A stretch of DNA of 63,719 nt, the filler included, from Stramenopiles sp. TOSAG23-2 (Eukaryota): NCBI GenBank assembly GCA_900128395.1. It is 9 parts of 9 records of this genome, joined end to end, with 100 filler letters (N's around TTAATTAATTAA, not from the genome) between each part and the next. Parts side by side here need not be neighbours in the genome. Positions count along the whole stretch, not along the records: positions 56,754 to 63,719 come from LT650378.1; 8 more parts are not named here. One strand, given 5' to 3'. The notes beneath the pieces were generated by a model that was not told the origin of the DNA, did not search any database, and saw nothing but the letters and a program-made list of their open reading frames with translations. Position numbers and translations under genes: made by a program. The first letter of the stretch is position 1, and the number at the start of each line of letters is the position of its first letter. This document shows, in pieces, positions 57,220-63,719 of the stretch.

Positions 57220-57830
57220 TGTATTATAAAACGTGTATTCTATGGATTAATATATTTAATTATCCTGCACTGTGTTTGTGGAGCGAAGCGTATCTATTTA
57301 ATTGTAAGTCTTACAATATATGTGTTTTAATTTTTCTATTTAATTGTAAATGTTACAATATATGGGTTTTAATCTTGTATACATTGTTGTAGTCGTGTAT
57401 GTGTATGTTTTTGGAAGAATAATAATGTTAATATATATATTATTTTTATTGACAAAGAAGAAGTTCCTCGTCGTCGTAATTATTGCGTCCCCTGTCACAA
57501 AAGATGTGAATTATTATTTGAACTTTAACCCATTTTAGTATATATTTGTATGATATTATGGCCTTTTTTTTCTTCCCCATACTTGTTACTTTTTGTATTT
57601 ATTACAGTAGTAGTAAAAAAAACTGGTGTAACGTGTAAAAAAGGTAATAATAAAAAAAAGGCTGTTGTAAAATATTGTAATTTTTTAAGACGGATTACTA
57701 AATTAATAATACTGTAGTCTATGCACCGATCCAGGCTATCACAAATATGAATAAAAATGTATTAATAACCTTAAATGTAAGAAAAAAACTCGATGATCAG
57801 TGCACATTATGCAAGAAAAAAAAAAAAAAA

Positions 57831-57974
57831 TTAAATCGGGTTTTAGCATATTTAGCATAGAAATATCATTAAAATACATTCATGTATAAAAATTATTAAA
57901 ACCCGATTTAATTTTTAGTCAAAATCATGTATTTTAATGATATTTCCATGCTAATATGCTAAAACCCGATTTAA
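57831..57974. repeat. 144-bp foldback element with ~48-bp arms and TTAA ends
   Basis: TTAAATCGGGTTTTAGCATATTTAGCATAGAAATATCATTAAAATACAT pairs with ATGTATTTTAATGATATTTCCATGCTAATATGCTAAAACCCGATTTAA. Extra internal terminal copy at 57897-57911. Confidence 0.9.
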
Positions 57975-58216
57975 TATTTTTTATTATTTTTCCAAACTTC
58001 TGTATATATAATTAATTAAATCATAAGAAAATAATAAATATATATATATATACTGTATAGATGTATAGATAGATTGACATTATACGTTGTTGTGTGTTAT
58101 ATAAATAGATATTTGTTTGTTGTTGTTGTGGTGATATTGATAATTAAAGGTTATTCTTTCTTTTTTTTTCTTTTTTTCTTGGAGAAGATATAATATTATT
58201 TTATTATTATTATAAA

Positions 58217-58810
58217 ATGGAGTCAGATACAGATGCTGAAAATGAAATAAATAAAAATGCCGGTATTATGTCAACAGGGGCAGGTACTTTTTATATTATC
58301 AGTTTAGTAGTTGTTACTACCATATTAAGTTTGTTTGTTTCTAATGATGACGGCACGACAAACTGGGCATTAACCATGACATATTTAAATGTTGCACATG
58401 GTTTGGTTACTTTATATGCATTGCATTGGAAAAAAGGAAGCGTAGTGGAAGCGGATCAAGGTGAATATGACGAATTAACATGGTGGTAAGTTTAATATAT
58501 AACTAAACTAATATTTTCTCTTTACTAGTATCCCATCTAACAAGCTATAATAATATATTTTGTTTTTAATTAACATAGGGAACAAGTGGATGGTGGTTAT
58601 GCTTGGACAAAAACCAAACGATTTTTAACAATTATTCCATGCATTATATTTATTATTGCTATTAATTTTGTAAGAAATATTGATGAAATCACTGAGAGAA
58701 ATAAGTATATGGTAGTAAATGTTGTTCAAACGTTGGTGTTATTAATTGCAAAGATGCCGTTTATGCATAAAAAACGAGTCTTTGGTATTAATAAAACAAA
58801 ATATGATTAA
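58217..58810 (+). CDS. ORMDL: ORMDL/Orm sphingolipid biosynthesis regulator. Exons 58217-58485 and 58579-58810
   Basis: LHWKKGS...DQGEYDELTW-W-EQVDGGYAWTKTKRFL...LIAKMPFMHKKRVFGINK. The 93-nt intron GTAAGT...ACATAG restores the frame. Confidence 0.95.
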
Positions 58811-59395
58811 AATATAATACGACGTAAAGAGAGAGAGAGAGAGAGAGAAGAAAAAGGAAAAAAGGATAGAGTGTGTGTGTTGTGTTTCTTTAAAATTATA
58901 ATCTCTTATAAAACTTTAATGCATTATTTATAAATCATTAAAATCATATTTTACTTTAAATGATGGTTAAAATCTACGAAGTATATAAGTTATAATAATT
59001 TTACACTTCTCGTGTCTTAAAGTAATTTTATATGTGCTCAATACTTTACTATTAAAAAATAAAGTAACACATGATGTATCATGTACGCTTCGTATATATA
59101 TCACATATTTAAAACGTAAAATATTTTTATATTTTTTTTTTTTACGAGTATTTTTTTTTTTTTACACGTATTTTTTTAAAATCTCTCTCCTTTTACTCGT
59201 ATAATTTTATTAAACACTTGTATTATTATATGATGTACAAATAATATTTATTTCTTTTGTGTGTTTCTATTTTGCCGACCCAAAAAATTCTTACAAACAA
59301 CAAACACAATTCTCAAAATAATATACGGTTCGAGAGTATATATGAATTATTTGTCGAGGTAGTCACACACATAACTTCATATAAAAATGAAAAGC

Positions 59396-62300
59396 TCATA
59401 TTGTTTCACTTCCTGATTTCTTTTCTAATTCTTCTTTACCATCGTTTACACCCATTTTTACCAATTCAACATCAACAGTTTTTGCTGGTTTAACTGTTGC
59501 ATTTCGTGGCGAGTCATTTTCACCACTACCACCATTTTCATCTTTACTCGCTTGTTTCTCACCGCCAAATATACTAAGTAACACTGGCAATAACCATAAT
59601 CCAACAGACCCACCAAATATTATGGTCAAGAATAAGGCCTTAAAAAAGACGCGGAAGATATATGATTTTGAAAATCCCAATACAACCACAGCTAATAATG
59701 TGGAACAAATTGCATTAAAAACACTTGGACCAATACGAACCAATGCTTTAATAGATCGTTCAGATGATGTACCAGTACTTGTTACAAACATATGTGCAAT
59801 ATGTGCAGAGTAATCCACTGCAAGGCCAACTGATATTAAAATATAAATGGTACTCACACCACTTACAGTAATATCCCACCAATGCATAAATCCAACCAAG
59901 GTAATTACACTATATATAATACCAAAAATTACAAATGGTGCAATTCTTGGATGCGGGATCATCATAATAATCATCACGATAATCACAGCACCACATGATA
60001 ATAAATTGTTTACCAATTCTTGACCAATCACACCAGTCTCCTCCCAATATAAAAATTGAAACGAATATGGAAATGCTGTATCGCCTAAAATTTCAGAAAC
60101 GTTTTTACGCAAATATGTCATAGTTTCATACCTGATATTTCCTTTATCCGTTGCAGCTAATGTTAGTGTCATTCCCATTTTCATTGCTAACAATCCTTTC
60201 GTTGGATCACATACACCATCTTGCTCTAATGCTAAATCACCTTTGTTACAATCCGTATCTACCCATTGCAATGAGGAGCGATATCTTGCTCCTCCACCTC
60301 CATCATACCAATTATGCAATTCAGTATAAAATGTATTTTTGGTTTTAAATTTTGTGAAATCAGCGGTTAACCAATCTGCACGTTCTGCATCGTTATTATT
60401 ACTAGTCTCCATGAAAGCACCATACCAATCTGAAATATCCTTACTTTGATCAACAAGTGCGCTATTATTTAAATATTTTTTCATTGCAATCAGGTTATCT
60501 TGACTTTCAAAATAATCAATATCATCACGGCCATAGATGGAAACAGGTGTTCCACTTGCGAAGTATTCATCATTCCATTTAAAAAATACATTTAAATACG
60601 AATCATCCGGTACAAACCATTCCAATTTAAAATCTTGAATGATTAATGTACTACCAACAATACCAGCTATGAAAATACCAAAGAAAATGGTAATTGTCAC
60701 AGCTTTTCCAATTGGTGTAGTAATTAAACGTCCAAATTTCTCCATGTTTTTCTCCAAACCACCAGATGGACATTTGCAGCAGAAGCAACAACCACGTGGT
60801 TCATTAAATTCATGAATATAAACATCTGCACTTGATGTTCCTTCTTCACCATCAGGACCTGGATTTTCTTGTTGTTTATCTACTGCAACAACGTTTGGAG
60901 ATTTATTTAAATCTGTTGGATCTACTACAACAACGTTTGGAGATTTTTTTAAATCTGTTTTTGCACAACAAATTTTATCCAATGTTTTATTTGCTTTGAA
61001 ACAACATAATGGAAAGCATGATAAATCGTACCTATTTTGTTTCACACGACGTTCGTTCAATACTAAAAATGGCATGAAGAAAAAGATTTGTAATAAGAAA
61101 CATACTACAACTCCTATACCGGCAAATACGCAAAACCATGATAGGGCAGGTAAAACCGTCATGCTACCAAAGAAAAATGCCAATGCATCGGTAACAGATG
61201 TTATCAATATCGACATTCCACCATTTCGTGTAGCAAATGCTATACGATCTTCAATTGGCATCAACGGACTTGCCCTTGTTACACGTACAAATTCACTGCT
61301 TAAAACAAATGCATCATCAACACCCAATCCTAGTAATAGAAATGGAATCTGTGCATTTAAATTATTATTCATTAATCCTAAATATGCTCCTGCACCCATA
61401 CTTGCCGCATAACTTAATAATACAATTACCACCGTTATGATGGACATAAATACCATGGAATGTACATGATCTCTTCTTGAAAGCATGATTCCCATGTAAA
61501 TAATAATTGCAAAATACGAAATCGATAATGCAGCAACATCTCCACGAATTGCTTGGCCAAATTCATCACTTAAACTTCGTGAAAATTGTGCTTTGAATTC
61601 AAACAATTCACTACCTGGACATTCCGGTGGATCCACACCACGTGGTGGTGGTGCCGTAATTCCCAAAACACACAACGCTTTGCTTTCCCATTCCGTTGCA
61701 ATTGGATCACGTTCCGAACCATCAACAAGAACAGGTGTTGCTGCTAATGCGTAGAAACCAAAGTATGCTTGTGCACTTACATATTGTCCATTTTTGTCCT
61801 TCACCGGACCATCTTTTCCACTTGATGCAACTGTACGAATTTTAAATGGTTCAAATGCAAATGCACTGTCTGGTGCAGTATTGTTTGATCCTGGATTTGC
61901 CATATTCATTTGTGCTAAACGTTCGAAACCAAGAAGTGTTATACAACCATTGTCTTTACATGTTTTTTCATCGGAAACATCCGGGCATACATTCGCACAA
62001 TATGAATTTGCATCATTACGGCATGTTGTACGTTGTGCAGTTGTTTTATATTTTTGACATGCATCAGTATAACATGGTGAATTACTTTTTGCAATGGTCA
62101 CGGGGCAACTCTGTTCTTGTCCTTCCCAAAAGTTAAATGCACGTAGTACATCCGCATCAGAAAACGTTGCATCGTTAATAATTGCTTCATCCGAACGAAA
62201 AATTTCCAACGGTGATGACATTCCACAAAATGGACTGTAATAATAATGTGGAGCGTATGTGTTACAATGATGTATGATATTAATAATATGATATTAATAA

Positions 62301-62862
62301 TGTGAAACGTATGTTGTATGTATGTTAGATATGATGTATGTTATTTTAAATATTGCATTGATTGGTATGGAAAGTTTTGTACGTACCCAAACGCTTGGCA
62401 TTTTCGTTTCGTAATCTCGTTTCCATTATCATCACGTATAGTATTGAAAGACCACGTGCCGTTAAACGTATCCCATTGTTTTTCTGATACACCAGACCAT
62501 GTAGAGATTTTTTTCACTTCCTTTACATCAATTTGTATTTCCATAATTGCCTTATGCAACCGCATTAATTCTTTGATGTGTTTTGAGTCCATTGCATTGC
62601 AATTTTCTCCATCTTTGCACTTTGCTATCCAAAAGTTAAATCGTGAACGTGATGGCCATGTTGCTTCAGCATAATCTTTATGATCAATTGCTAATGCACC
62701 TCGAGGTACCCATTGCTTCTCAGCCCTCCCTTCGTTTTCCAGTCGAGGATATCCTGAAATTAAAATTAACGTAGCTAAAATTGATAAGCAGATAGTTAAA
62801 TACGGACGTCTACCTACGACGCGTCCAATTGTCTCAAACATGTTTTCCATGAACTCAGGCAT
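59396..62862 (-). CDS. Patched/NPC1-family sterol-sensing-domain (RND-like) membrane protein, ~1104 aa. Exons 62862-62387 and 62234-59396
   Basis: IPFLLLGLGVDDAFVL, GMSILITSVTDALAF, SVGLAVDYSAHIAH and IGPSVFN. Intron GTACGT...TTACAG joins CQAFG-PFCGMSSPLE in frame. Confidence 0.93.
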
Positions 62863-63243
62863 GTTTTTTTTTTTTTTTTTTTGGTATTTGTTTTTTTTTT
62901 ATATGGGGTTGTAGTTCTTTGTTAAATATGGTGCTTTATCAACCTGTTTGTTTTTATATATAATATTGTTGTCTTTTAAATATGGTTTTGTAGATTATGT
63001 TGTTATTGTTTACGTTATAAATTTATTTTTTTAGTTTTTTATGTTATGTGCTTATACTGTATGTGCTTACCACAGTTTTTTATAAAAATTATTATATAAA
63101 TCTATAATAAAAAGCTTTTTTTACATAGCGGTAGCACTGTTTTTCGTGTTTCACTTATTCATTAGCATTCATAGAACGATTGAAAATGATGTGACGTGTT
63201 GAACAAGGTACAAGTACAGATTTAGTATACAGGAGGAGACCCT

Positions 63244-63290
63244 CGGTTTAGTGCCCTTGCCGATTTTAGACCAAAAAGGGCACTAAACCG
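63244..63290. repeat. 15-bp perfect inverted repeat with related dispersed half-sites
   Basis: CGGTTTAGTGCCCTT-17nt-AAGGGCACTAAACCG. Similar AAAAGGCACTAAA (~63478) and AAAAGGCCTAAACC (~63595). Confidence 0.75.
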
Positions 63291-63719
63291 GCACTCGCGA
63301 AAATAGGTGCTAAGATCTCGCTATTTCCAATGCTATGTTGTAGTAATTTTGTTATTTATACTTAAATAATATGTTGTACATTATAGACTAGTTTTACCTA
63401 TATAGCTGAATGAAGGGAAACGATGACAGCATAATGCTATTCAGTACTAATAAATCTATTTTTGGGACATTTCAGGAAAAAGGCACTAAATAGCATCCTA
63501 GAACCTAGAACGGACACAGCAGGCCTTATTATCATATCTGATCAATAAAAATTCACATTGGTTCTTCACTAACCAGGCTAATTCACCACCATCAAAAAGG
63601 CCTAAACCAGCTTAAAGTGCGTCCCTTTCATTGTTATTAGTGTTAAATGGATCGAATTTTCGTTCATTTAAGTGCGTTTCCTTTGCTGTGTTCCTATTAG
63701 ACCCTTTTGATAGACTCAT

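Overview
This is AT-rich, intron-poor eukaryotic nuclear DNA, not a prokaryotic locus. The window is a concatenation of nine unrelated ~7 kb contigs, sorted by decreasing length and joined by artificial 100-nt linkers (44 N + TTAATTAATTAA + 44 N), so adjacency across linkers is meaningless. Gene content points to a flagellated protist, most plausibly a heterotrophic stramenopile from a single-cell or metagenome assembly (inference). The evidence is DNAAF2/Kintoun, CCDC191, proteasome alpha-2, TAF7, TRM112, OSGEPL1, ORMDL, a Patched/NPC1-like protein, two GH16 glucanases, Whirly and GT-AG introns. The most notable observations are: (1) TAF7 with a single in-frame TGA inside its conserved domain; (2) a duplicated tRNA-Ala whose second copy keeps the G3:U70 Ala acceptor stem but has a Val (TAC) anticodon; (3) a 1.5 kb element with perfect TG...CA terminal inverted repeats, TATA flanks and a non-transposase cargo ORF; (4) a spliced ~1533-aa EF-hand/TM polyprotein-like precursor with a duplicated Cys/Trp-rich module; (5) an HspBP1/Fes1 carrying the SIL1 N-terminal motif at its C-terminus; (6) a secreted zinc deaminase next to an apyrase; (7) several foldback elements and many short tandem duplications, some probably assembly artefacts. 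All family assignments are from motif recognition by eye, with no database searches.
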